A stretch of DNA of 64,000 nucleotides from Alphaproteobacteria bacterium (GTDB taxonomy: Bacteria > Pseudomonadota > Alphaproteobacteria > UBA2136 > UBA6156), in contig JBAQUT010000004.1 in assembly GCA_049297695.1 (NCBI GenBank), forward strand, positions 1,170-65,169, given 5' to 3'. Of this stretch, positions 1 to 9,608 are shown piece by piece. Below the pieces are notes generated by a model. The model searched no databases. It worked only from the letters and a program-made list of their open reading frames with translations, and was not told the origin of the DNA. A program made the position numbers and the translations under genes. The first letter of the stretch is position 1, and the number at the start of each line of letters is the position of its first letter.

Positions 1-401
1 TTCGGTATGACCGTACTCAGCGTTTGGTGATTACTGATCGCGTGGGCGGCGAACCCCGTGCCACATCTGGTGTGGGTGTGGGTGGTAAATCTCCGGCAGG
101 ATACGATGTGGCGGTCACCGAAGCCGTGCTGAAAGAGGCCATTGTGAGCCTGCACTATGATGAAGTTCCCTTGGTAGATGCCCTTGAAAATATTGTGAAC
201 CAAGCAGGCAAAGGCCAATGGCGCCTGCGCATGTATGCTGGCACCGACCAAGTGCTGAAACCCGCCCACGTGGAAGAACCCTTTGGTGTAGCGGTGGAGC
301 GTATTTTGCGGGTGTTTAACTTGAAATACGAAATTTTCCCCGGCGGTAAACTGATTGTGGTGACGGCAGGGGATAGCTTTGGGTTTAGGGGAGTTCAATG
401 A
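1..401 (+). CDS. TcpQ/PilL-like type IVb pilus biogenesis protein, C-terminal part (5' end lies outside window)
   Basis: The open frame runs off the left edge. Its stop overlaps the secretin start (ATGA). Its C-terminal ~80 aa (..GKLIVVTAGD) resemble the C-termini of the lipoproteins at 11201 and 13938. Confidence 0.55.
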   Translation, partial: RYDRTQRLVITDRVGGEPRATSGVGVGGKSPAGYDVAVTEAVLKEAIVSLHYDEVPLVDALENIVNQAGKGQWRLRMYAGTDQVLKPAHVEEPFGVAVERILRVFNLKYEIFPGGKLIVVTAGDSFGFRGVQ

Positions 402-2323
402 TGAAACTGTGGCAAGTAGCCGTTTTGGGGTTACCGTTGGTGGCATTGGCGGCCTGCGGCGAAGTTTCGTTTGCGCAAAAGGTCAGCCCAGCCAAACAGT
501 TTAAAGATTACAAGGCCGAAAATGCCAAAAATGCCGCCGTGCTGGGTATCGGCGAACCCGTGTCGTCGCGCCAAATGAAGGCCGATGCCACGGTATCGGT
601 GAAAGGTATTTACGATATTGAGCAAGTGATGACCAAGCTGGCTGGCACCTACAACGTGGCCGTGCGGTGGGGGAATGGCGTGCGTAAAGGAAAGCGGAAA
701 GATATTATTATCACCAATCTTGGCTTCAACGAGGCCCGCGCCTATGTGGAAGATGTGTTTGATGTGCAAGTTATTCGCGAAGGTGACCGCCGCCTGTTAG
801 TGTTGCCTTCTGCCAGTGAGCCCCGCCTGAAATCCTTCAAGCCTGGTGATAACGTAAGCCTCAGCGAAGCCCTGCGCGGCTTGGCGGACCAATGTGGGTA
901 TAACTTGGTGATTACCGAAAACAAAGACCAAATCGCCAATACGCGCGTATCTACCAGCATGAAAGACGTAACCTGTTACGATGCGTTTGAAGCGTTGTTG
1001 AACCCTTATAATATGAGCCTTATTCAAGACGGTGATTACTTCACCATTGGTGGTCTGCCCCAACGCCAATGGAACGTACCTTTGCTGGAACCTGTTCGCG
1101 CCGAAGAACTGGAAGTGACTTATACCAGTGATTTTACCTCGGCTTCCGATTCTTCGGGTGGAAGCAACAGCCAAAATGCAGGCGGTTCCAACAAGGTTAC
1201 CATTAAATCGGAACGCGATTTGTGGAAAGAAATGAAGGAAAATCTGGAAGCTTTGATTGCCAGCAACTGCCCCAAAGTAGATGGGGAATCTGATCAAATG
1301 GACCAAAATCAGAGCCAGCAGGGTGGTGCAAACGTGAATTTGTTACCTCCCCCAACGCTGACAACCTTGCCCCAAAACCAAAGTGTTGCGACTTCATCTG
1401 CTTCGTCAACAGGCATCAGCAGTGGGGGCGATTCCGATACAACCAACCGTTGTGGATATGTGCGTATCAACAGTACAGTTGGGCTTGTCCAAATGCGGGC
1501 ACCTTTGTCTGTGTTGAACGAAGCCGATGATATTATCAACCGAGTGCAAGATATTGCCAACCGCCGCATTATGTTGGAAGCTCGGGTATTGGCCGTTACA
1601 AAGTACCGGGGATTTGACCAAGCGGGTTCTTTAAAACTTAACAAAGGGGATGGTTACGCGGGAAGCAGTGGTTCATCCACCAGCATTACCTCCGCCTTGG
1701 CAGGTAAATTGCTGGGGCTGCAAGAGGCTGGCGGGTTCCTGGCTGTTCAAACCCAATCGCTGGATGCCATTGTGCGCATGCTGGAAGAATACGGCACAAC
1801 GTATGAGCTGATGCACCCTATGCTGGAGCTGATGGATCGCCAGCGCGCAACCTTGATTGACGGCCGTAACGAGCGTTACTTTGTGCGGGAAATTGAATCT
1901 CAAACCTCGGATACTGGCCAAATCACACGGAATTTGAAGGCGACCGAAAAGATGCAGTTTGTTGGCCTTCAGTTTGCAGCGTCTGCCCAAATTTCGGGGG
2001 ATGAAAACCCCCATACCATCGCCTTGCAAATTCCAATGACATCAGTGGTTAAGTATGCCGATTTGAAACAAGTATTTGACAACGAAGAGATTGTTGACCA
2101 AATCCCCGTAGCCTCCACTCGACTTATCGACCAAAAAGTTCGTGTGCGAGATGGTGAAATCAAGGTGATTGGCGGCCTTACCAAAACCATTGCGGTAGAT
2201 CGGGAGTCGGGCCAGCCCTTGCTCCGGGAAGTTCCAGCGTTTGGTAAGTTGTTAGGAGATGAGACAGTAAGCTTTGAGGAGGTTGAATTTGTGGTACTTT
2301 TGCAAGTCAGGAAGCTGTTATAA
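398..2323 (+). CDS. Lipoprotein secretin of type IVb pilus (PilN/TcpC/BfpB-like)
   Basis: N-terminal lipobox LVALAAC. C-terminal secretin signature VRVRDGEIKVIGGL...REVPAFGKLLGD. Translationally coupled to the upstream gene. Confidence 0.85.
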   Translation: MMKLWQVAVLGLPLVALAACGEVSFAQKVSPAKQFKDYKAENAKNAAVLGIGEPVSSRQMKADATVSVKGIYDIEQVMTKLAGTYNVAVRWGNGVRKGKRKDIIITNLGFNEARAYVEDVFDVQVIREGDRRLLVLPSASEPRLKSFKPGDNVSLSEALRGLADQCGYNLVITENKDQIANTRVSTSMKDVTCYDAFEALLNPYNMSLIQDGDYFTIGGLPQRQWNVPLLEPVRAEELEVTYTSDFTSASDSSGGSNSQNAGGSNKVTIKSERDLWKEMKENLEALIASNCPKVDGESDQMDQNQSQQGGANVNLLPPPTLTTLPQNQSVATSSASSTGISSGGDSDTTNRCGYVRINSTVGLVQMRAPLSVLNEADDIINRVQDIANRRIMLEARVLAVTKYRGFDQAGSLKLNKGDGYAGSSGSSTSITSALAGKLLGLQEAGGFLAVQTQSLDAIVRMLEEYGTTYELMHPMLELMDRQRATLIDGRNERYFVREIESQTSDTGQITRNLKATEKMQFVGLQFAASAQISGDENPHTIALQIPMTSVVKYADLKQVFDNEEIVDQIPVASTRLIDQKVRVRDGEIKVIGGLTKTIAVDRESGQPLLREVPAFGKLLGDETVSFEEVEFVVLLQVRKLL

Positions 2324-2390
2324 ACACTCCCTGTCAGGCGTGTATTCGTAAGTTCGGGTATAAATGAGGGAATAAACAGAGGAGACCTCC

Positions 2391-3059
2391 ATGAGTTTTA
2401 TGTCCAAAAGCCGCCAATGTAACAGCTCCACGGCTGGCTATACCATTGATCAAACCATCTTGATCGTAGCCATTATCGCCATTCTGGTAACCCTGATTAT
2501 CATCTCGGTGGGTTGGCAGCTGATCAACCGCACCAGCGGTACCAAATTAGCCTCACAATTCAAACAGATTGAAGATGCCAACGGTTCGTTCTATTCCAGC
2601 TTCCGTGTCTGGGTGGATGAAGCCTATACGGCCCCCGCAACCGGTGCTGTTAACAACATTTTGGCTTTGGCAGGTGTAGCTACTACGTGGCAACAAACGG
2701 TACCATTAGCCCAACGCCGCAACTTTATCCCCGGTTTCCGTATCAACGGCACCACCAACGTGCAACATAACTTCTCGTCGGGCGGTATCCTGAGCATGCA
2801 ACGCCTAACCAACCCCTTCGGTTTAACGGGTGAGTACTTTGTGGTGCAGTTCACCGGAGTACCTTTTAGTGAAGTAGAAGAAGCCGAGAGTGCCATTGAC
2901 GCTGGTAAAGATGATACCTTGCGAGATTACGACGCTGGTCGTGTGGTCGCAAGTACGGGCGCCTCATGCTTGGCAGCTACCGTAGCATCTCCTGCAACCA
3001 CAGCAACAGCTCCTGGTGTGTTGGTAACCGTGTGCTACGCTGCTAACCTGACTCAATAA
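2391..3059 (+). CDS. Type IVb prepilin (major pilin candidate, PilS-like)
   Basis: RBS GAGGAG. ~16-aa polar leader ending in Gly, followed by a ~25-aa hydrophobic helix (YTIDQTILIVAIIAILVTLIII). Two Cys near the C-terminus (disulfide D-region). Mature size ~205 aa. Confidence 0.7.
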   Translation: MSFMSKSRQCNSSTAGYTIDQTILIVAIIAILVTLIIISVGWQLINRTSGTKLASQFKQIEDANGSFYSSFRVWVDEAYTAPATGAVNNILALAGVATTWQQTVPLAQRRNFIPGFRINGTTNVQHNFSSGGILSMQRLTNPFGLTGEYFVVQFTGVPFSEVEEAESAIDAGKDDTLRDYDAGRVVASTGASCLAATVASPATTATAPGVLVTVCYAANLTQ

Positions 3060-3088
3060 CAAAAAATAATAAAAACAATGGAGATCAC

Positions 3089-5143
3089 GTGGTCCACACT
3101 GCGGAGAAAGGGTTGAACCTCGAACAAGGATTCAACCCGCCCACACCGACCGACACCCAAGGCCCGCATCCAGAACAGGATGTGGGCCTTGGTGCGTTGC
3201 GCGATGCCGTACATCCATCAGATTTTCAACTCCCTGAAACACCCCTTGGGTTTCATGTGAAGGCCACCGAAAGTGCGGGGTTTTCCATTCCTCTCGAGCC
3301 TACGGTCAGTCTCCCCGATCTTCCCCCGCCTCCTGCATTCGATGCAGGTGAAACGTTTGCAAATGTCCAGGATATCAGCCGTGTCGAGTCAGTTAGCGAT
3401 ATCGCCCACGATGTAGGGGCTGCCTTGGCTACCACGCCGCAAGAACGGCATTATTACGAGGTTTTGAAGGTGCTGCTGGCAGCCAAAGATTTGGGGTTGG
3501 ACGCCGTAGCCCGCAGCCAGATAGAAAGCGGTATTGCTGCACGCAAACTTCCCCAACTGATTTGTCGGGATTTGGTATCTCAACGGGTGCTCAACCGCAT
3601 CCAGTTGGCCCGTGCCACCGCCCGTGCCAGCAATGCGCGCGAGATTATGTCGTTTTTGGATATTCCTGGTGAAGCCTTGGGTCTACGGCAAACGCTGGAT
3701 GCCCGCATCATCGCCCTTTTGCGCAAAAACCGTATTGTCCCTCTCAGCCTTAAAAAAAGTGACGATGGCACCCAACCGACGGAACTTCACTTGGCCCACG
3801 ACAAGGTTTCACGGGATATCGTGCTACAAAACCACGTGGCCGATTTCTTTCCTCCCGGCATGCGGTTTCATTGGCATTTCATTTTAAGAGAGGTGGCAGG
3901 GGCTTACTGGCTGGCGGGCGAATCGGAAAGCATCGATACAGGGATGGAAGCGGAAGCCCTGATTGACCGCATTGTGGGGAACGCTGCCGATGCCCGCGCC
4001 TCGGATATCCATATCGATCCGTCCATCAAAGGCGAACCCCGTGCCATCATCAAATACCGCGTGGATGGTTTTGTGCACCCCAAAGAGGTGATTACTATGG
4101 AGCAGCTGGATAGGCTGCGCGTGCGGATTGAAAACCTTGCCCGTATGCCCAAGGTGAACCTCAACCACGCCAACAAAGGCGCGTTTACACGGGCAGGGTA
4201 CGATTGGCGGGTACAAATCCAGCCCCACGCAGGCCGCTTGGGCCCCGTGCCTCGCATTGTGTTGCGCCGCCTGCAGCCCGAGGTTATGCCGTTGGAAGTT
4301 TTGGGCTATCCGCAAGATTATATTGATAAAATTAAATCTGCCGCCACATCGTCCAACGGGGTTATTTTATGGACTGGCCCCACGGGTTCGGGGAAAACCG
4401 AATCCATTCACGCCGCCGTGGTGAGTGTGAACCCCATGGCTAAAGGCCTGTCGGTTCATACCATTGAAGACCCGCCTGAAAAACGTGTACCCGGCTATGC
4501 CGTACAAATGGAAATGGCGGAAGATGATCCTGCCCGTACAGGTTTGCAGTTGTTGAAATCGTCCCTCCGGGCTGACCCGGATGTGGTGATTTTTGGTGAA
4601 ATCCGGGATACTGAAATGGCCAAGTTGGTGTTTGAAGCCGCCAACACGGGCCACTTGGTGTTCAGCACCTTGCACACCAACAGCGCCATCGATTCGGTGG
4701 TGCGTTTAAGTGAGCTTGGGATAAACGGTTATTTGCTGTCTTATGTGCGGGGGATTGCATCTCAAAGGCTCATTCGTCGTTTATGTGTGCATTGCAAAGT
4801 AAAACACGAAGGACCACCCGACGAGTACACACGTTATGTGTTTGATAAATATGACGTGCCTATTGAAGGCGCCGATTTGTACATGCCCAATTTGGAAGGT
4901 TGCCCCAGCTGTAACTTTACAGGTTATTACGGCCGCGTAGCCGTGGCGGAATGGTTGCGCCCGAACAAGGAGATTATTGAGGCTACCCTGAACAATAACT
5001 TTGACCAAATGGAAGATATGGCCCGCCGCACAGGCTGGCAGCCCATGGGCCGTATGGGGGTCGAACATATTTACAGGGGTATTACCGATGCTGTTGAGCT
5101 TTCCACCAAGATTTTAGAGCTGGGCAGGGAGCTGGCCCAATGA
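3089..5143 (+). CDS. GspE/PilB-family pilus assembly ATPase with long Pro-rich N-terminal extension
   Basis: Walker A GPTGSGKTE, Walker B/Asp box DPDVVIFGEIRD, His box GHLVFSTLHTN, tetracysteine CVHC..CPSC. GTG start with GGAGA RBS. Confidence 0.9.
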   Translation: MVHTAEKGLNLEQGFNPPTPTDTQGPHPEQDVGLGALRDAVHPSDFQLPETPLGFHVKATESAGFSIPLEPTVSLPDLPPPPAFDAGETFANVQDISRVESVSDIAHDVGAALATTPQERHYYEVLKVLLAAKDLGLDAVARSQIESGIAARKLPQLICRDLVSQRVLNRIQLARATARASNAREIMSFLDIPGEALGLRQTLDARIIALLRKNRIVPLSLKKSDDGTQPTELHLAHDKVSRDIVLQNHVADFFPPGMRFHWHFILREVAGAYWLAGESESIDTGMEAEALIDRIVGNAADARASDIHIDPSIKGEPRAIIKYRVDGFVHPKEVITMEQLDRLRVRIENLARMPKVNLNHANKGAFTRAGYDWRVQIQPHAGRLGPVPRIVLRRLQPEVMPLEVLGYPQDYIDKIKSAATSSNGVILWTGPTGSGKTESIHAAVVSVNPMAKGLSVHTIEDPPEKRVPGYAVQMEMAEDDPARTGLQLLKSSLRADPDVVIFGEIRDTEMAKLVFEAANTGHLVFSTLHTNSAIDSVVRLSELGINGYLLSYVRGIASQRLIRRLCVHCKVKHEGPPDEYTRYVFDKYDVPIEGADLYMPNLEGCPSCNFTGYYGRVAVAEWLRPNKEIIEATLNNNFDQMEDMARRTGWQPMGRMGVEHIYRGITDAVELSTKILELGRELAQ

Positions 5144-5186
5144 TGAACGCCTGCATAAAAACAAACATAAAAACAGGTAGGCATTC

Positions 5187-6269
5187 ATGGGCCTCCAGAT
5201 AGGTAAATCAGGTCTTTCCAACAGCGATAGGATTGATTTTTTCAAAACCTTGGCAGGCTGGTTGAACGCAGGGGAGGGGCGTACCTCGGTATCGGAAGCC
5301 GTTGCCAACACCTGCGATGCCTTTGCCCACGACGAATACATAACCCTCCGCCCCAAAATGGAGATGATCAAACGCGAAGTTCAAGGGGCCCAAACCCAGT
5401 TTTATGAAGCCTTGAACATGGCGGGTTTGGGTTTTAAAAGCCAAGAAATATCCATCATTGAAGCCGCCGAAAAAAGCAACCAGCTCCGCTATGCCGTCCC
5501 CTCGTTGGTGAAAGCTATGGAGATTCAATACAACGGCCAAAGTGAAATGCGGATGAAACTGATGGGCCCTCTCATCATTGGCGTCATGCTTATCATTATG
5601 TCGATGGGCGTACTCTATTTTATGCTCCCATTGGTGGTTCAACCGGTGGTCGACCGTAACCCGGGTGCGATTGATAAATTTCCTTTCATTCTCCGTTATT
5701 ACTGGTACGCATCCGTGTGGATGCGGGCCAACCCGTGGATGCCCGTAATGGTAATTCTCATCCCACTTACCATTTACTTTGCTCGGAACTCTGCATTTCT
5801 TAAGCCCATCATGCAACGAATCATCATGGGGTGGAGCGTAAGCCGTAAATTAGTATTGGGGTTTAACAGCGTGATTGTAGTGTATTTTATGCCAGCCCTT
5901 GTCCGTTCGGGGCTCCCCACGTACCGGGTTCTCCAATATCTGGCAGATTGTATCAACAATCCCACACTGTCCAACATGTTTCGCATTGCTGCCCAAGAGC
6001 ATGAAGAAGGTATCCGCATGAGCCAAGCGTTGGAAAATATCCCCTTCCGCGCCTCGTTTGTAAATGCCATTTCGGCAGGCGAATCCACGGGCGCCATTGC
6101 CGACAGGGTAGAAGATTTACAAGCCCCCTACGGAGTGGAGTTGGAGCGGAACATCAAAAGTGTGGTGGGCACACTTAAGTTTATCGTGATGGGCATCCTG
6201 TTGCCCTTCTTCATCGTTTCAACTTACACTGCGCTGGTAGGGCCCATATTTGCCCTTATGGAGTACTAA
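5187..6269 (+). CDS. GspF/PilC-family inner-membrane platform protein (R64 PilR-sized, 360 aa)
   Basis: Polytopic with hydrophobic helices. Size and position directly after the ATPase are typical of T4P platform proteins. Confidence 0.7.
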   Translation: MGLQIGKSGLSNSDRIDFFKTLAGWLNAGEGRTSVSEAVANTCDAFAHDEYITLRPKMEMIKREVQGAQTQFYEALNMAGLGFKSQEISIIEAAEKSNQLRYAVPSLVKAMEIQYNGQSEMRMKLMGPLIIGVMLIIMSMGVLYFMLPLVVQPVVDRNPGAIDKFPFILRYYWYASVWMRANPWMPVMVILIPLTIYFARNSAFLKPIMQRIIMGWSVSRKLVLGFNSVIVVYFMPALVRSGLPTYRVLQYLADCINNPTLSNMFRIAAQEHEEGIRMSQALENIPFRASFVNAISAGESTGAIADRVEDLQAPYGVELERNIKSVVGTLKFIVMGILLPFFIVSTYTALVGPIFALMEY

Positions 6270-6271
6270 AT

Positions 6272-7405
6272 ATGGATATGGTTCTGCTCACCAAACGCGG
6301 CATCTCCTTCCAAAGGCTCAAACGGGGTGAGCAAACGGTTATATTGATACCCGCTCCCGAGCAAATTAAAATTTACAAAGATGTATCAGATACCTCGACC
6401 ATTGCCGAGCGTTATGGGTCATCCAGCCAAATACCCTTGTGGCGCCAGCAAGAAGGCCAAACGGTGGTGTACGGTATTTTACCCGAATCCCTCTCTCAGC
6501 GCCGTCAAGCCATGAAGGTGTATTTGGCCCATGATTTTGCCCCTTCAAATACCACGGCTTTTTATTATGTGATGGACCCCCGCTGGGTGGTACACGGCCA
6601 GCGGGAGGTAGACGACGAAGGCCGTGAAGGCTGGCAGGTTATTCTTATGAAAGCGCCGGATGGTGAAGGCCCTGCTGAAATGATCCAAGAATCAGCCTCC
6701 GAACTGATGATGGAAAACGCCGAAAGCCGTTTGGTTGTTGCTGTATATGAAAATATGGGGTTGCTGGAAGAACTGAAAGACAAATTAAAGCCTCTTTCTG
6801 TTCAACCCGTACCGTTTTCATCCCTCAAACCAGGCCCGCGGGCGCGCCCGTTGTATCTGCAACGGGATTTTACGCCGCTGATGCTGCTGGGTTCGCTCCT
6901 CGCGGCCTTGTGCTTGGTATCGGCTATATTTTATTGGATGATGTACTGGAAAGAAACAGCGCGTTTAGAAGACGAGATGGAGTTGGTTCGCAACCAGATT
7001 ATGAACATCCAAATCAACCAAAGCATCGGTAATTTAAGAGAGCCCGATGCCATGCTCTCCAGCATGCAAAAAGCCTTCAACCAAAAGCCATCAGCCATTA
7101 TGTCGGCCGCCTCTACCTTTGGTAAAGAATTTGGTGAGCTTGAACAGTTGGTGTTTGATACGGCTTCTAATAACAAAGCTGGCAACGAGGCTACGGCAGT
7201 ACGCCCCATTTTACCAGGCCAACACGTGGTGCAGGTTATGGTGAGTAAAATCACGAACAAGCTTTTGGTAGACCAAGAACGCCTGGCCCAGATTTTGGTA
7301 AACAAAACCCCGTGGATACGCCGAGTTGAAAACTTACCCCAAGGCCAAGCCGAATTGGTGATGGATGTGGTGCTGCAAACCGAGCAACCCGGAGAAACCC
7401 CATGA
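6272..7405 (+). CDS. Bitopic inner-membrane pilus assembly protein (cytoplasmic N-domain, one TM, periplasmic C-domain; BfpC/PilO-like architecture)
   Basis: Single TM LMLLGSLLAALCLVSAIFYWMMYW at mid-protein. ATG lies 2 nt after the previous stop. Confidence 0.5.
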   Translation: MDMVLLTKRGISFQRLKRGEQTVILIPAPEQIKIYKDVSDTSTIAERYGSSSQIPLWRQQEGQTVVYGILPESLSQRRQAMKVYLAHDFAPSNTTAFYYVMDPRWVVHGQREVDDEGREGWQVILMKAPDGEGPAEMIQESASELMMENAESRLVVAVYENMGLLEELKDKLKPLSVQPVPFSSLKPGPRARPLYLQRDFTPLMLLGSLLAALCLVSAIFYWMMYWKETARLEDEMELVRNQIMNIQINQSIGNLREPDAMLSSMQKAFNQKPSAIMSAASTFGKEFGELEQLVFDTASNNKAGNEATAVRPILPGQHVVQVMVSKITNKLLVDQERLAQILVNKTPWIRRVENLPQGQAELVMDVVLQTEQPGETP

Positions 7406-7923
7406 AGACAGGGATGACACGCGCCAGTTTTCGTAACACATGGGTTTTATCCACGCTGCTTATTTTGGGGCTGGCGTTCATGGCTTTTCAAAACGGCCAA
7501 TCGGAACAAGAAACCATTGCCAACAACACGTTCCAGCTGAATGCGTTAAGGTCGGAGCTCGACAACGCTGCCCGCCGCTCGATAGCCTTGGAAGAACTAG
7601 ATAAACTCACCATTAATGAAAAAACGGCAACACGGTTGGATATTTTGCGCCACTTGGGGTTAGAGCAAAGCGGGTATGATTTTCAGGTAAACGCCCGCCA
7701 AATGAAAACCGTAGGCGATGGCAACCTGTACCTGCGGGTTGTGAAATTGCAAATGGATTTACCTTACGGTGAAGCTATGGCGCTGGTAGACCGCCTTCAT
7801 GAAACCCGTAAAATCGTTATCAGTAAGATTGAAATGAAACGTTCCGGAAAACCCGGTGACAACGTTTATATGATTCTAGAAGGCACCATTTATGGGTTGG
7901 AGAAAAACGATGTTCAAGCATAG
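7402..7923 (+). CDS. Small N-terminally anchored periplasmic pilus assembly protein (PilP/GspM-like)
   Basis: ATGA overlap with upstream gene. N-terminal TM WVLSTLLILGLAFMAF followed by a coiled-coil. Confidence 0.45.
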   Translation: MKTGMTRASFRNTWVLSTLLILGLAFMAFQNGQSEQETIANNTFQLNALRSELDNAARRSIALEELDKLTINEKTATRLDILRHLGLEQSGYDFQVNARQMKTVGDGNLYLRVVKLQMDLPYGEAMALVDRLHETRKIVISKIEMKRSGKPGDNVYMILEGTIYGLEKNDVQA

Positions 7924-8503
7924 TTCTCTCATTCTTTTATCCCTTATGCCATGGGTTTATGCCAATGCCCAAAGTGTCGAGGCCGAATGGCGGGTTACCA
8001 ACACAGAAAGCCCGACAGTTGTACCAGCTTACGCGGGGCAAGCTAACCCGTTTCCCACCATTACCGAGCAGGTGGTTGTTGTAGCCCCAACCCCCGAGGT
8101 AAGTGAAGCCGACCTTAAAAACCGCGAGAAAGCCGATATTCTCCAGCAAGCCCGTAATATCATTAACGGGAACCAAGCGTTTGTAGCGAATTTGGATAAC
8201 ATTCAATTTGATGGCTACATGGAGGGTTTGCGAGGTAAAAAAGTGTTGATGAAAGGGTCTTGGATCGGTATCGGGCAAACAATCAATGTTCCCGTCAAAG
8301 GGGCTAAAAATGCCTATGCCATGCTGGAAAAACTCCAAGCGTTGGATGTTTCCTTGGCCAACCAAGTGAAAGCCGAGTTGGACGCCAAACTGATTAAAAA
8401 AGCCGTAACAGACATAAAAGTTGTTGATATTACAAAAGAGAAGGTAACCTTGGTAGAAGGTTCTCAGCGTTACGAGGTAAGAATAAAACCTTCTACCTTG
8501 TGA
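7910..8503 (+). CDS. Secreted periplasmic protein of pilus operon
   Basis: Signal peptide MFKHSSLILLSLMPWVYANA. GGAG RBS 8 nt upstream of the 7910 ATG. The listed ORF starts at 7892. Confidence 0.45.
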   Translation: MFKHSSLILLSLMPWVYANAQSVEAEWRVTNTESPTVVPAYAGQANPFPTITEQVVVVAPTPEVSEADLKNREKADILQQARNIINGNQAFVANLDNIQFDGYMEGLRGKKVLMKGSWIGIGQTINVPVKGAKNAYAMLEKLQALDVSLANQVKAELDAKLIKKAVTDIKVVDITKEKVTLVEGSQRYEVRIKPSTL

Positions 8504-8539
8504 GGCTACCTATAAGAAGAATGAAGGAGAGCCCGTACC

Positions 8540-9598
8540 GTGCAAGCCATGTTGATTTTCGCCCTGTTTGGAGCGTTCATGGCAGCCATTGCAGGTATTA
8601 TTTCATCGGCAACCGATAGTACTTTGCAAATGATGAAAAACCAAGTTGCCCAAGCACGGAGCTACTTTGACAGTGCGGAAAAAGTATGGCTGTACAACAC
8701 CGTACCCGCACACTTGCAAATTCCGTTCAATTCATGCCCCGATGGTACCAACTACGGGGTCCACGATGTCAAATCGTACCTGTGCCAAAACCAGATTGCC
8801 AAACTTGCCCAATGGTTGGGGTCTCAACAGGGCACCAAAGACCCTTGGAAAAACGATATTACAGGCTATGTCCTCCGCAAAGAAGTTCCTATTTACGCAT
8901 CCGCCCCCGATTACGTGGTGTCGGTACCCGTAACGGCCATGGTGTTGGTATCCCCAGGGCCCGACCACCGTTTGGCACCAGCGTTGCAAGCCGATATCAA
9001 CGCGTTGTCGGGCAGTTCTCAAATTAGGGATGTTTTGCGTATTGCGGCGCCCAACCCAACGACATGCTCTGTGGCAACCGACGGTAGTTGTGATGATATT
9101 GTCCATACCTTCAGCGATATGAGCGCCCAGCAAAACCGTTGGCGTGGTGTTCAAGCGGCGGTAGACCGTATTGGTTCGGCCGCTGGCCGAGATTACGGCA
9201 TGCAGTTTCGCAGTTTCCAATCCCAGCTTCCGGGTATTTATGCGGCCAACATTGCAAGCTTGTTCGATGCCAGCGGTAACTTGTCGGTAACCGCAAGCAA
9301 CATCAACTTGTGGAAAAGCCAAGGCGTATCTCCCCCCACGTTTAACGATATCGACTTGAACGACCCCGAAGAGCGTGTACGTATCGGTGTGGATGCCGAG
9401 TTTGAGTATATTACCAACTCCGTCAGCGACGGCGGGAGCAGCTTGGCGTTGGCGTTTGCCGTATCAGATAGCCCAGGCGGTTACCAGGATGTTCTCACCA
9501 TTTCCCTTTCCAACAGCGCAAGCCCTTGGGGACTGTGGGATACACAGGGTGGTGTTCTTAAGTACCAAAACATTGTCAGTTTCACCCTCGTCAACTAA
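8540..9598 (+). CDS. Membrane-anchored periplasmic protein, possible pilin-like or minor pilus component
   Basis: GTG start 9 nt after an AAGGAGAG RBS. N-terminal hydrophobic helix MLIFALFGAFMAAIAGIIS. No canonical Glu5. Confidence 0.4.
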   Translation: MQAMLIFALFGAFMAAIAGIISSATDSTLQMMKNQVAQARSYFDSAEKVWLYNTVPAHLQIPFNSCPDGTNYGVHDVKSYLCQNQIAKLAQWLGSQQGTKDPWKNDITGYVLRKEVPIYASAPDYVVSVPVTAMVLVSPGPDHRLAPALQADINALSGSSQIRDVLRIAAPNPTTCSVATDGSCDDIVHTFSDMSAQQNRWRGVQAAVDRIGSAAGRDYGMQFRSFQSQLPGIYAANIASLFDASGNLSVTASNINLWKSQGVSPPTFNDIDLNDPEERVRIGVDAEFEYITNSVSDGGSSLALAFAVSDSPGGYQDVLTISLSNSASPWGLWDTQGGVLKYQNIVSFTLVN

Positions 9599-9608
9599 GG
9601 AGATACGT

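Noticed and set aside
5208-5816. Long antisense ORFs opposite real genes (e.g. 5208..5816, 12575..13714, 29030..30556, 32446..33660, 56322..57647)
   Set aside because: They are Gly/His/Arg-rich low-complexity translations typical of the non-coding frames of GC-rich genes. They have no RBS and fully overlap better-supported genes.
9375-9608. Upstream extension of the PilV-like ORF
   Set aside because: It overlaps the 3' end of the preceding gene. The class III signal peptide begins at the Met at 9609, which has an AAGGAG site.
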